From positions 477,762 to 541,761 of the forward strand of contig CAWAUV010000009.1 in assembly GCA_963785305.1 (NCBI GenBank): a stretch of DNA of 64,000 bases, written 5' to 3'. Position numbers and translations under genes: made by a program. This DNA comes from an uncultured Planctomycetaceae bacterium. GTDB taxonomy: Bacteria > Planctomycetota > Planctomycetia > Pirellulales > PALSA-1355. Positions 20,998 to 32,298 of the stretch are shown one piece after another. Numbering within the stretch: position 1 is the stretch's first letter; each line of letters begins with the position of its first letter. Below the pieces are notes generated by a model, which worked only from the letters and a program-made list of their open reading frames with translations, did not search any database and was not told the origin of the DNA.

Positions 20998-23113
20998 TTA
21001 CTTCCCGGCGCCGGCGGGCGCGTCGGCGTTGAGTTCGCGCAGGGCTTGCTTGCGGCTGAGCTTCACGCGGTCTTGCTCGTCGATCAGGATCACCTTCACC
21101 GGAATCTCGTCGCCCACGCTGCACACATCGGCCACGCTCTTCACATAGTCGTCGGCCAGTTCGCTGATGTGGCACAGGCCGTCTTTGCCGGGAATGATCT
21201 CGACAAACGCGCCAAACTCCTTGACACTCGTGACCCGGCCATGATAGATGCGGCCGACCTGCACGCTCGCCGTGAGCGCTTCCACTCGCTCCAGCGCGGC
21301 TTGGGCGCCGGCCGCGTCGCTCGAAGCGATGATCACCGTGCCGTCGTCTTCGACCTCGAGCGATGCGCCGGTCGACTCTTGAATCGCGCGAATCGTCTTG
21401 CCGCCCGGGCCGATCAGGGCGCCGATCTTATCGGGCGGAATCTTGGTGCGGAGCAGCCGCGGCGCCCAGCTCGAAATCTCGCTCTTCGGACGCGGAATCG
21501 CGGTGAGCATCTTACGCAAGATTTCGATCCGCGCCTCGCGGGCCTGGGCCAGCGCGCCTTGAATGATCTCGGCGTCGATGCCCTTGATCTTTAGATCGAG
21601 TTGGATGCCGGTAATGCCGTTTTGAGTGCCGGCCACCTTGAAATCCATGTCGCCGAAGTGATCTTCATCGCCAATGATGTCGGTGAGTAGCAACCAGCCG
21701 CTTTGCTCCTTGACCAAACCGATCGAAATGCCCGCCACGGGATTCGAGATCGGCACTCCGGCGGCCATCAGGCCCAGGGTCGCCGCGCAGACCGAAGCCA
21801 TCGAGCTCGAACCATTGGATTCGAGAATGTCGGAGATCACCCGCACCGTGTAGGGGAAATTATCGGGATCGGGCAGCACCGGCTTCACGCTCCGCTCGGC
21901 CAGCGCGCCGTGGCCGATCTCGCGACGGCCGGGCCCGCGAATCGGACGCACCTCGCCCACCGAAAACGAGGGGAAGTTGTAATCGAGCATGAACTTTTTC
22001 GAGTACTCGTCGATCAGACCGTCGACGCGTTGCTCGTCGCGACCCGTGCCGAGCGTGATCGTGACAAGCGATTGGGTCTCGCCACGCTGAAACAGCGCCG
22101 AGCCATGCACCCGGGGCAAAAGATCGATCTGGCAGGCGATGGCGCGGAGCGTTTTGTTGTCGCGTCCGTCGGCCCGCGTGCCGGCCAAAATCAGCTCTCG
22201 CACCACGCGCTCTTCAAGCTGGCTCCAAGCGGCCGAAAACGCCGTCGGGCAAATCGCGCCGTCGGCGCTTGGGTCGGGAATCAATTCCGCTTGGACCCGC
22301 TTCTTCAGAGCCGAGACCGCTTCGCTACGCGGCATGCTTGCCGCTGGTGGTCTTGGCGGTCTTGAAGTCTTGGTAGTAGCGCTCGCTCAGAGTCGCATAC
22401 ACGGCATTGGGCGCCGGTGGGTCGTAGTGCGTCTTTTGCACATTGACCTTCGCGACCAATTCGAGCTGCAACTCGCAGATTTCCTTCACGATGCGATGGG
22501 CTTCGAGCACCGCCGCCAGCATTTCATCCTCGGGCAGTTCGCGAGCAAAGCCCTCGATCATCAGCACCGCGTCGCGGCTGCCGGACACGATCAGGTCGAG
22601 GTCGCTCTCCTCGAGCTGGTCTTGGGTGGGGAAGGGCACGAACTGGCCGTCGATCCGACCGAGCCGCACCGACCCGATCGGACCTTGAAACGGCAGCGGC
22701 GAGATCGCGAGCGCGGCGCTGGCGCCGTTCATGGCGAGCACATCGGCGTCGTTCTGCTTGTCGCTGGCCAGCACAAAGGCCTGAATCTGCACTTCGTCGT
22801 GAAACCATTCGGGAAACAGCGGGCGGATCGGGCGATCCATCAGCCGGGCCGTGAGTGTTTCCTTGGTCGTGGGGCGGCCTTCGCGCTTGATGAAGCCGCC
22901 GGGAAACTTGCCGGCCGCGGCGGTGCGCTCGCGATAGTCGCAAGTGAGCGGGAAGAAGTCGATATTCGGCCGCGGGGGGGCCGTGGCCATCGCCACCAGC
23001 GCCACGGTTTCGCCATACTGCACCAGGCAGCTTCCGGCGGCCTGCTTGGCCAAAAAACCGGTTTCGATCGAGAGCGTGCTCGATCCGATCTGTTTTTCTA
23101 CGCGTGTTTTCAA
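20998..23113 (-). CDS. pnp: Polyribonucleotide nucleotidyltransferase (PNPase); frameshift near 22330
   Basis: DFFPLTCDYRE, PGGFIKREGRP, HGSALFQRGETQ, RREIGHGALAER, ESNGSSSMASVC, GDMDFKVAG, plus KH and S1 domains. Confidence 0.97.
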
Positions 23114-23699
23114 GTTTTCAATTCCTGCTTGCGTTTCCTAAGAATTCTTAAGCGTCTTGTTTTGCTTGGCTTTGCCGTCGAGCGAACTGGGCCCGAATTT
23201 CACGTGAGTATACCGCCGAGCTTGCGATCGCGCTTGGGAACAACCGCCGCGAGCCAACGGAACGTCGCGAATTGGCCGGGCCGATTGCGTCGCGCCGCGT
23301 GAACTTCACGGGGAGACTTCTCGATACATGGCCCCCTACCGCGATGTTGCCCACCGCCGATGAACACGCGCCGCGCGAGCCTCGAATTCCGAGCGATCGC
23401 GACCGATGATCGGCAAGCCGAACAACCGGCGCCTCGTCGGCAAGTCAAACGACCGGCGTCTCGAGTAGGGAACAATCGCCGCACGGGCAGAGTCGCGCGA
23501 CACGAGAGCCACGAAGCGCGAGTTAACGCGGAGACGATCAGCGATACGAACAAACGAGGCGAGAGCGAAGCCCGGTTACCCCAAGACCCGTACACCTCAA
23601 GACCTGCATGCCCCAAGAAACGCCAGCGACCCCGACCTGTCGAGATTCAACCGCGATTCAGGGGAAACCAGGCTCACCGCCCCACGGCAATTTCCGCGG

Positions 23700-23969
23700 T
23701 TACTTGCGGATATCCAGACGTTTGATGATGTCTAGATAACGCTCGGGCGAGACATGCTTGAGGTAATCCAACAACCGCCGCCGACGGCTAACCATCGACA
23801 ATAGTCCACGCCGGCTGGAGTAGTCCTTCTTGTGCGTTCGGAGATGTTCGGTCAGATCGCTCACCCGGGCCGTCAGAATAGCGATTTGAATCTCGGGCGA
23901 ACCGGAATCCGCGTCGCCGCGTCGGAAGTCGCCAATCAGCCCCTGTTTGCGTTCTTTGGTAATCGACAT
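23700..23969 (-). CDS. rpsO: 30S ribosomal protein S15
   Basis: MSITKERKQ...DSGSPEIQIAILT...HKKDYSSRRGLLSMVSRRRRLLDYL, 89 aa, upstream of pnp. Confidence 0.97.
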   Translation of the reverse strand: MSITKERKQGLIGDFRRGDADSGSPEIQIAILTARVSDLTEHLRTHKKDYSSRRGLLSMVSRRRRLLDYLKHVSPERYLDIIKRLDIRK

Positions 23970-24483
23970 CGCGAAGCACTCTCGTAGCCTGCCTGTTCCC
24001 AATCGCCCATTGCCCGGCGAGCCCGAGCGGCGCCGAGGGCTCAACCGCCCCCAGCTCCTTTGGCGCGGGGGCAATCTCGTCGACAGGCGCTCGAGCGCAA
24101 GCGCTCGAGGCGTTCAATGTCGCGGCGACAGGGTAGTCGCAACGGCAGTGTCAGGGAAAAGCTAAGACCTTCCTAAAAATTCCATAAAGTGACCTAAAAC
24201 GTAAGTCGGTCAGTCTACCAGCCCCCATTCGCATTGCAACCGCAATTTTTCCGGTTTTTTTGGGACTGGCCCAAGCTCGCCTCAGGGGCGAAAAACAGCG
24301 CGAGGATCGCGAAATTCGGGTTCCGCGGCTCCTAAAACCGGCGCCAGGGGCAGAACCCCACATTTCCGCCGATCGATGAAGTTCCCGCGGCTCCCGGGTC
24401 GATTCTCTTCATCGGACGGTCAACTATTGGACGAGCTCGCGCGCGGACCCGTTTCCGCGCCAAGGTCGGGGGCGCCGGCTACC

Positions 24484-24759
24484 GTGGAATTCAATCGCAA
24501 TCATTACTTCATGTTTGGGCTGGTGCTGATGTTTATCGGCATCCAGTTTCGATTCGTCGAGGAGGTCGTGCTCAACGAACGCGTCAGCCAAGCGCTGGCC
24601 AAGAGCGATTCCGAGGCGCGACGCTTGCCCATTCTGGCCGCCATCGGCCCGGCGCCGCGGCACACCGTCAAGCCGCCCAGTTGGCTCGGATGGGCGCTGA
24701 TGTCGTGTGGCTCGGTGCTGGTGCTGCATAGCTTGGCGATGAGCAAGCCGGGCGGATAA
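24484..24759 (+). CDS. Small two-TM hypothetical membrane protein
   Basis: EFNRNHYFMFGLVLMFIGIQFR...PPSWLGWALMSCGSVLVLHSL; start codon uncertain. Confidence 0.7.
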   Translation: MEFNRNHYFMFGLVLMFIGIQFRFVEEVVLNERVSQALAKSDSEARRLPILAAIGPAPRHTVKPPSWLGWALMSCGSVLVLHSLAMSKPGG

Positions 24760-24872
24760 GTGCCCACGCCGGCCGGATCGGTTCGCCGGCTCCCCATCGC
24801 ACGGATGCACGTTTCTCTTGTGCATCGACTTCGCGCCGTCGCCCGGCGCCAAAATCCTGGAATTCAACTCGC

Positions 24873-25469
24873 ATGCCACGCACTCCGCGCATTGCTTTGC
24901 CGTTGGTTTCGTCGCGAGGCGCCCTGGCGCTTGGCGGTCCCATGCGGTTCGGCAGGGCCCTCGTGCTTGGCAGCCTGCTCGCGCTTGGCGGCCTGCTCGC
25001 GCTTGGTGGGGGGGGCGAGTCCTCAATGATTCAAGCCGCCAGCCCCACCACGGTCGCCAATCCTCCCAGCCGGCCTGGCCTCGACGCCAACCCCGAGCAA
25101 GAGCGCGACGCTCCCCGCGCCGAACATGCCGCGGTCAAGCTCCGCGAAGGAACGATTCTCAATACCACTGGCTCGTTCAAAGTCTCGGGCGAGCGGGCGA
25201 TCTTCACCGCCGACGACGGCGCGAAGTTCATCGGACTGGAAAACCTCTGCCTCGAACGCGTGGCGATCGCCGTCGCGGAGTGTCCCGATCCACTGCTATG
25301 GAGCGTGACCGGAACAGTCACCGAATATCGCGGCGCCAACTATGTGCTGTTCTCGCGGGCCATGATCAAGGCGAAGCCCGGACCGGCGAAAACGCCGCGC
25401 GGCGCTGTTCGCCGCCGCCCCTTGCCGACCGATGGCCCGCCGGGCGACGTCACCGTCGCCAAGTCCTAG
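24873..25469 (+). CDS. Hypothetical secreted protein
   Basis: Hydrophobic N-region, then a globular-looking LREG...LENLCLERV...WSVTGTVTEYRGANY segment. Confidence 0.65.
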   Translation: MPRTPRIALPLVSSRGALALGGPMRFGRALVLGSLLALGGLLALGGGGESSMIQAASPTTVANPPSRPGLDANPEQERDAPRAEHAAVKLREGTILNTTGSFKVSGERAIFTADDGAKFIGLENLCLERVAIAVAECPDPLLWSVTGTVTEYRGANYVLFSRAMIKAKPGPAKTPRGAVRRRPLPTDGPPGDVTVAKS

Positions 25470-25500
25470 AATTCGGTCACAGCTTAAAACTGGTGTGCCG

Positions 25501-25607
25501 TGCCCACGCTTGCGTGGGCATGCTCGATTGATCACCGCAATCAGGGCCTATTCGAGAACTTCGATGAGCCCTCACCCTACCCTCTCCCAAAGGGAGAGGG
25601 GGGAGTT
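25501..25607. repeat. REP-like cluster: perfect palindrome tgcccacgc-tt-gcgtgggca plus second copy of the 606-680 element
   Basis: Seen directly, between convergent genes. Confidence 0.7.
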
Positions 25608-25643
25608 GCCGGGCCCTAAAGACACGTTCTCTAGCCACTCAGT

Positions 25644-26726
25644 CTATCGCTGCACTCGGGCCGTGCCGCCTTTGGCCAGGGCCTCGACCTCGGACAAGCG
25701 CGCGATGCTCACATCGCCGGGGAAGGTGGTCAGTAGCGCGCCATGCGCCCAGCCCAGCCGCAAGGCTTCCTCGGGCGAGCGACCCGAAATGAGCCCATGG
25801 ATCAGGCCCGAGGCGAAGCCATCGCCGCCGCCGATGCGGTCGATCACGTCGAGCTGCATGGTGGGGCTCACATAGCGCTTGCCGTCGAGCCAGAGCACCG
25901 CGGCCCAGTCGTGGCGGTTGGTCGAATGCACTTCGCGCAGCGTGGTGGCGACCAGCTTGATATTGGGCAGTTGCTTGACGACGCCTTCGATCATGTTGAA
26001 GAACGAATGCGGATCGAGCTTGCTCGAGGCATGCACGTCTTGGCCGGCGATGCCCAGCCCCTTTTGCAGGTCTTCTTCGTTGCCGATCAGCGCGTCGACA
26101 TTGCCGACGATGCTTCGGAGCGTGGAGACCGCTTTTTGTTCGCCGCCGACACTGGCCCAGAGCTTGGCCCGGTAATTCAGGTCAAACGATGTGACGGCGC
26201 CCGACTGCTTCATCGCCTTCATGCCTTCGATGATCAGATCGGCGGTGCCGGCGCCCAGTGCGGCGAAGATTCCGCCGGAGTGAAACCAACGAACGCCCTG
26301 CTTGGCGATCGCGGCCCAATCGAAATCGCCCGGCTTGAGCATCGCGCCGGCTTCATTGGCCCGATTGTAAAACACGACCGGCGCCCGCACACCTTGGCCG
26401 CGGTCGCTATACACGGCGGCGATATTCGGTCCGCGCACTCCGTCGTGCTCGAACCATTTGTAAAAAGGTCGCACACCCATTTCGCGCACCCGGCCTTCGA
26501 CCAATTCGCCGATCGGATACTTGACCATCGCCGTGGCCACTCCGGTCTTCAGGCCGAAGCAATCGGAGAGATTGGCGGCGCAGTTGTATTCTCCGCCGGA
26601 TACATGGATTTCGACCTCGCGGGCCTTGCGAAACGGAATGATTCCCGGATCGAGCCGATGCACCAGCGCGCCCAGCGACAGAAAATCCAACGCACAATCG
26701 TCCGAACGCACGGTAATGCCGCTCAC
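25644..26726 (-). CDS. PfkB-family sugar kinase, 2-keto-3-deoxygluconate kinase-like
   Basis: SGGEYNCA, SFDLNYRAKLW, GNEED, DRIGGGDGFASG motifs. Confidence 0.88.
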   Translation of the reverse strand: MSGITVRSDDCALDFLSLGALVHRLDPGIIPFRKAREVEIHVSGGEYNCAANLSDCFGLKTGVATAMVKYPIGELVEGRVREMGVRPFYKWFEHDGVRGPNIAAVYSDRGQGVRAPVVFYNRANEAGAMLKPGDFDWAAIAKQGVRWFHSGGIFAALGAGTADLIIEGMKAMKQSGAVTSFDLNYRAKLWASVGGEQKAVSTLRSIVGNVDALIGNEEDLQKGLGIAGQDVHASSKLDPHSFFNMIEGVVKQLPNIKLVATTLREVHSTNRHDWAAVLWLDGKRYVSPTMQLDVIDRIGGGDGFASGLIHGLISGRSPEEALRLGWAHGALLTTFPGDVSIARLSEVEALAKGGTARVQR

Positions 26727-26909
26727 GGAAATCTCCCTTCACCGACCTTGAATATTGCAAAAGCGCTATACGAACCCACGAAACACGATTCTGGGGAAAG
26801 CTTCGCCCGCCATCGCCACCGGGCCAAGCCGCGGAGCAAACCGCCGACGCCCGCTCGCGATCGACCCACGGGGACGCGCGACCCGGCGCGTCCCGTGGTG
26901 AACAGTCCA

Positions 26910-27720
26910 TCAAATGGTCACCGCCGAAAAACCGCCATCGACGACGATGTTTTGCCCGGTGACAAACGACGACGCCCGTCGCGCGGCCAGCCACACCACG
27001 GCGCCGGCCAACTCGGCCGCTTGGCCGAACCGCCGCATGGGCGTGTGGCCGATGATCTGGGCGCCGCGATCAGTATAGCCGCCATCGTCTTTGAACAAGA
27101 GGGCGCGATTCTGCTCGGCCGGAAAAAAACCGGGACTGATCGCATTGACCCGCACTCCCGCGGTGGCCCATTCCCGGGCGAGAAACATGGTCAGGTTCAG
27201 CACCGCGGCCTTGGCGGCGCTGTAGCCCACGACGCGCGAGAGCGGAATCATGCCCGACATCGAGGCGATATTGATAATGCTGCCCTGGCCGGCCGCCACC
27301 ATGTCGCGTCCAAACACCTGACTCGGCACAAGCGCAGCCGCCAATCAAGTTCAGGTCAAACACTTCGCGCCAAGCGTCGAGCGGCAACTGGCAGAAGTCG
27401 GCGCCCGGCGGGAGCGTGGCCCCCGGCTTGTTGCCGCCGGCGGCGTTGACGAGCACGGTGGCCGGCGACCAGTCGCGGGCGATCGCGTCGCGCGCCGCTT
27501 CCAAGCTTCCGGCGGCGAGCGCATCGGCCGCGACGAACATCGCCTTTCCGCCAGCCGCTTCGATGGCGCCCACGCGTTCGAGCCCGCGCGCTTCGCTTCG
27601 CCCGACGATCGCCACCCGCGCCCCGGCGGTTGCGAGCGCCTCGGCGATCGCGCCGCCCAAAACACCGGTTCCGCCAATGACCACGGCGATTTCGTCGGAA
27701 AGATCAAACAGGTTTTTCAT
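26910..27720 (-). CDS. SDR oxidoreductase (D-mannonate oxidoreductase-like); frameshift near 27340
   Basis: [42 protein letters not shown]. Confidence 0.88.
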
Positions 27721-27807
27721 GGTGGGTACGGTTTCTCGGGGAGCGAATTATCTCGGAATGCGAATCGTCGAACATGCGCGTGCGCGGACGCCGCCCCGCG
27801 GCGCGGA

Positions 27808-28497
27808 TTACTCCGCTCGCTCCAGGGGCGGAGCGAGGCCAAGCGCGTGATAGATGCGGGCATCGGCAAGCGAATCGGCCACGAGCTTGGCGCCGGTGAA
27901 ATCATGGGTGCGTGAATGCCCGCCCGGCACGGCCACGGCGAAAGCGCCCGCGGCCACCGCGGCGCGGCAACCATTTTGGCTGTCTTCGAGCACCATCATC
28001 GCCGCGGGCGACACTCCGAATCGCTCCGCGGCGGTGAGATAAATCTCGGGATGCGGCTTGCCATCGCGAACATCTTCGGCCGTGAGAATGAATTGGAACC
28101 GCGGTTCGAGATCGAACCGGCCGAGCACATTTCGCACGAAGCGAATCCCGCTGCTGGTGCCGATCGCCTTGGGCACTCCGGCGGCTTCCAGCGCGCCGAG
28201 CAGCCGGGCGGCGCCGGGCATGAGCGCCAGCCGATGTTCGAGGATCGTGGCGAAGATTTCCTCGGTCTCGAGCGAGAGCTGCTCGAAGGTGGCGTCGAGC
28301 CGATGATGGTCGATCATCAGTTGCAGGGCGACGCGCGGCGGTCGGCCCATCATCGCGTTGAGCAGTTCGGCGTCAAACACCTTTCCGCGGCGCCCGAGCA
28401 GCTCGCCGCCGACATCTTGATACAGTTCCTCCGTATTGAACAGCAAGCCATCGAGATCGAACACGACGGCTCGCGGCGACGCGGACTCGGAAGTCAT
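27808..28497 (-). CDS. HAD-family phosphatase
   Basis: FDLDGLL, KPHPEIY, LEDSQNG motifs. Confidence 0.9.
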   Translation of the reverse strand: MTSESASPRAVVFDLDGLLFNTEELYQDVGGELLGRRGKVFDAELLNAMMGRPPRVALQLMIDHHRLDATFEQLSLETEEIFATILEHRLALMPGAARLLGALEAAGVPKAIGTSSGIRFVRNVLGRFDLEPRFQFILTAEDVRDGKPHPEIYLTAAERFGVSPAAMMVLEDSQNGCRAAVAAGAFAVAVPGGHSRTHDFTGAKLVADSLADARIYHALGLAPPLERAE

Positions 28498-28831
28498 GAC
28501 GAACCGGCGAACCCAGGAAGTAAAAAGCGACGGCGCCCGATGTGCCGCCGAGAGCCCGCGACGCAGTGCCCCAGGGAAAAGGACGGATTATAGGCGTCGC
28601 CCCGCCGCGAAGCAAACCGGCGACGCGCAAGCGCCCGGATTGTGCCCGATTGGGCGGCCAGCGCGGCGTTTTTCCGATCGGATGGCGACTTCGCGCGGCG
28701 CGGCCGCGTGTGCTATTCTGTGGGGCGACGCTTCAATGCTCCGTTTGCAAGCGGGCCGCCGAAGCGCAACGCGCCTCGAGTTCACTGCCATCGCTACGTC
28801 GAGTTCACTGCGGTCGAGTTCACCACCACGG

Positions 28832-28905
28832 GGGCGATTAGCTCAGTTGGTTAGAGCGACGCCCTTACAAGGCGTAAGTCGGGGGTTCGAGTCCCTCATC
28901 GCCCA
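28832..28905 (+). tRNA. tRNA-Val (TAC)
   Basis: GGGCGAT acceptor stem, TAGCTCAGTTGG D-arm, anticodon arm ACGCC-CTTACAA-GGCGT, GGTTCGAGTCC T-arm. Confidence 0.95.
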
Positions 28906-29020
28906 GTTTTCCTGTTTGCCGGGTTCCACTATTGATTGACTTATGTCGCCCCGGTCGGACCCGCCAGCGCTGCTTCGACATCGCCTAGCTGATAAGAAAC
29001 CGCCGCTCGGCCCAAGATGT

Positions 29021-29782
29021 TCAGCCGCCACAAGGATTTTCGACGCCTTCCGGAATCGGCGCGAAATCCTCCCCGCCGCACGGTCGAAAACCAACCGGCC
29101 AGCAAGCCTGCATGCGACATAGCACGCGATTTTGCAGCGGGGCATCGCTATTCACGCGGTCAACAAACACTTCGATGAAATTCACGTCGCAACCTTGCAC
29201 GAGTTGCCAAACGTCGTGCGCCCACTAGCGCGGAACGTAACCAATCTGCATCCGTTCCGTTTCGGTTCGCACCGCGACGGCTTGGGGGTCATGCTCGTTT
29301 TGCAGGTCCAGCATGAGCTTGAGGCTTTCCCCCTCGCCCAGTTCCCCAATTCGCTGAATGGCCGCATCCGGCAACCAGCGAACGCCATGCAGAAAGAACT
29401 TGTTGGAGTAACATCCATTGGCATCGGGCGCGGGGCACGGGAACACTTCAACGGCGTCGGTCTGGCGAATGCCTTCGGTGACTCCCAAGACCAGAATCGG
29501 GTCGGGCGGATTTTCCGCATCGAAACCGCTCCAGCGCATGAAGGCTTCGTACTCCGGTCGATTCTGGGAAAGGAGCCGATTGGCAAATAACGGAAACAAC
29601 TCCGCCGATTCGTAAACCTTGTCAAGATGCTCCATTCCAGCGAATGGCCGAAATCCCGGCCGATGTGCGCCCTGCGTGTACCAAAACCGATACAAATCGC
29701 CATCATGCTCCAGTCGGCCGATCGGTCGCCAGCCGGCGCCGTCGGGCGTTGCCGGTCGCCAAGCCACAAACAAGGAATTCAT
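29021..29782 (-). pseudogene. HIRAN-domain protein with premature in-frame TAG at 29225-29227
   Basis: MNSLFVAW...WRPIGRL...LFPLFANRLL...FFLHGVR...QNEHDPQAVAV...IGYVPR*WAHDVW... The frame stays open after the stop until TGA at 29021. Confidence 0.75.
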
Positions 29783-30075
29783 GCGGTCGCCTTGTTCCAA
29801 ACGCCGCTGTTGGTTGATGCGTAAAAGCTCCGCCGCGAATCGCTTGCATGTCGCCGACATGCGCTCGCTGGGCACTCTATTCAGGATAGCCCAAATTTGC
29901 TTTTCGTTCACGTCATTCAAACGACCGAGCCAGGCAGCGGCGGCGGTCTGAGCTCGTTGGGCGAAGGCTCGAAATGCTGCGCGTAGCTCCATCGGGCGGG
30001 TATCGGCCGCTGAAGCATAAAACGCGCTCCGGCCGCGCACAAATGCCGACAAGGTTCGGTTTCGATCCTTAGTGT
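29779..30075 (-). pseudogene. C-terminal fragment of a HipA-like kinase partner
   Basis: TKDRNRTLSAF..RSAFY...AAAAWLGRL...RVPSERMSATCKRFAAELLRINQQR resembles the C-terminus of kinases found upstream of such HIRAN genes. The catalytic part is absent. Confidence 0.5.
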
Positions 30076-30293
30076 TTCCACCCGAATTGGCTTGCTTTGT
30101 CGCCGATTTTTTGGCACATCACTCCGCTGCGAGCCCCTTGAACGTCGCTTTGAAATCCTCTGCGGTAAGCGCCGTATCGAACAGCCCCACATCGAGTCCC
30201 TTGTGCTTGCTAACGCCCATATATCGCAAACTCGCGTCCTCATATCGGCGGAACTTCCACACTGCGTCGTTCATCGGCGCTGTTGAACACGCC

Positions 30294-31596
30294 TAGTAGT
30301 CTGTCCAGTTGGAGTTTACTAGTTCAGTGATTTTGGCTTATTCTCCGGCGGTCAAGGGATTGACCGCACTCGTTGGAGGATGGAGCCATGCAAAAGACTT
30401 TTGTGGTTCGATTGTCGCCGGAGGAACGGGATCGCTTGCTGTCTTTGGTGAAGGCCGGAAAGGCATCGGCGTTGAAGCAGGTTCGGGCACGGATTTTGTT
30501 GAAGGCCGACCAGCAGGATCGCGGCGCCGCCTGGACGGATGCCGAAATCGCCGAGGCGCTGGAAGTCTCGTTGAAGACGGTCTTCAACATTCGCCGAAAG
30601 TGGGTCGAACACGGACTCGAGGCGGCCCTCGAGCGCAAGCCACAAGACGCTCCGTCAACGCCTCGCAAGCTCGACGGGAAAGCCGAGGCGAAGCTCGTGG
30701 CGACGTGTTGTGGACCGCCGCCGAAGGGACGCGCCAAGTGGACCCTGCGGTTGTTGGCGGCCAAGCTGGTGGAGTTGGAGGCCGTGGATTCGATCAGTCC
30801 TGAAACCGTGCGCAGGCGCGTAAAAAAAACGAGGTCAAGCCTTGGTTGAAACAACACTGGCGCCTGCCGAAGGAACACGATGCGGAGTTTGTGTGGCGGA
30901 TGGAAGACGTCCTCGATGTCTATCAACGGCCGTTTGACCCGCGATTTCCGGTGCTGTGCATGGACGAAGCTTCCAAGCAATTGATCGGAGAGGTCCGTCG
31001 GCCGCTGCCGATGGTTCCTGGCCAGCCGCTGCGCATCGACAGTGAATACGAGCGATTGGGAACCTGCAATCTCTTCATGTTCCGCGAACCACTGCGAGGC
31101 TGGCGTCTGGTCCGCGTCACGGAGCGGCGGACGAGGGTCGACTGGGCCTATGCCCTGCAGGACGTGCTGCGGGAACATTACTCCCAAGCCGAGAAGGTCG
31201 TCCTGGTAATGGATAATCTCAATACGCATTCGCCCTCGTCGTTCTACGAAGCCTTCGAGCCGGCCCAAGCCCGAGCGTTGACCGAGCGGCTGGATATCCA
31301 CTACACACCCAAGCATGGCAGTTGGCTCAACATCGCCGAGTGTGATCTCAGCGTGCTGAGCCGACAGTGCCTGGACCGCCGGATCAGCGATGCCGGAGAA
31401 TTGGGCGCCGAAGTGAATGCCTGGCAAGCCGAACGAAACCGGACCGCCAACCAGATCCATTGGCAGTTCACAACCGCCGACGCACGCCGAAAACTGCGAC
31501 GCCTGTACCCGGCCTTTCTGCGTCAAGACGAGCATCAGAAATCACCTCCGGCGACCAAGGTTTTCAACTAGTAAACTCCAACTGGACAGACCACTA
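30294..31596 (+). mobile_element. IS630-family insertion sequence; transposase 30388-31571 in two frames
   Basis: Long IRs (TAGTAGTCTGTCCAGTTGGAGTTTACTAGTT / AACTAGTAAACTCCAACTGGACAGACCACTA) in a CTAG context; A8 slippery run at 30822-30829; CMDE, MDNLNTH, GSWLNIAE. Confidence 0.92.
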
Positions 31597-31738
31597 GACT
31601 GCACAGAAGAGACGAGCAGGGTAACTCAACAAGTCGGACCAACAATCGCAATAAACCCCGAAATATTTGGCGGTTTTCGCACTGAGGGCGGCCAATCGGC
31701 ATCGGTTTGCAGCGTGCCCGCGGGCGGACAGCAAAAAG

Positions 31739-31812
31739 TATCCTCGAGTGGGCTCGAACCACTAACCTTCGGCTTCGGAGGCCGACGCTCTATCCAATTG
31801 AGCTACGAGGAC
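31739..31812 (-). tRNA. tRNA-Arg (CCG)
   Basis: GTCCTCG acceptor, TAGCTCAATTGGATAGAGC, anticodon arm TCGGC-CTCCGAA-GCCGA, GGTTCGAGCCC. Confidence 0.95.
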
Positions 31813-32298
31813 AAATCCAAACCGAACTCGTGGCAACCTCCACGAATGCGATGATCTCGCGAGATCGGAAGCGATGCGACCATCTTAACGCATTTTGCCT
31901 CGGGAAAAAGGGGGGGCGCGTGATCGTGTGGGCGGGATCGTTTATCAATCGCGCTTCCTCGCGAACGTCGTGCTGGATCGCGCTCGCCAGCGCGGTCGGG
32001 CTCCGACGCCGGCGCCACGCCAGAAGGAACAAGCGGCGCATCTCCATTCGTTCCATAATGGACCGAGCGACTGAACTTCGGCGTGCTTCGCTTGGTCAAG
32101 GGATCATGCTTTCCCATAAACCGTAACCGCTCTGCAAATATTTGTGCTAGCAATCGCGGCTTCCGCGTTGATTGCCAATAGCAAAGCGGGAGCGGCATTT
32201 GCTCCGCGCCGGCTCGCTTCACGAACTCAACCGATGTTCACCTGCGTCATGATAATCCCGTCGTTGAGGCCGCAACGGCTCTTGCTCGGGGCGCTCAT

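Noticed and set aside
20998..23113. pnp and other split housekeeping genes as pseudogenes
   Set aside because: Both halves are fully conserved and single indels recur throughout the window, so sequencing error is the simpler explanation.
28776..28828. Short repeats as a mini CRISPR array
   Set aside because: Repeats are 13 bp with very short unequal spacers and no cas genes. No CRISPR array was seen anywhere in the window.
29225..30052. 275-aa ORF as a single protein
   Set aside because: It joins a kinase-like C-terminal fragment to the HIRAN gene (own ATG at 29782), which continues past the TAG at 29225.
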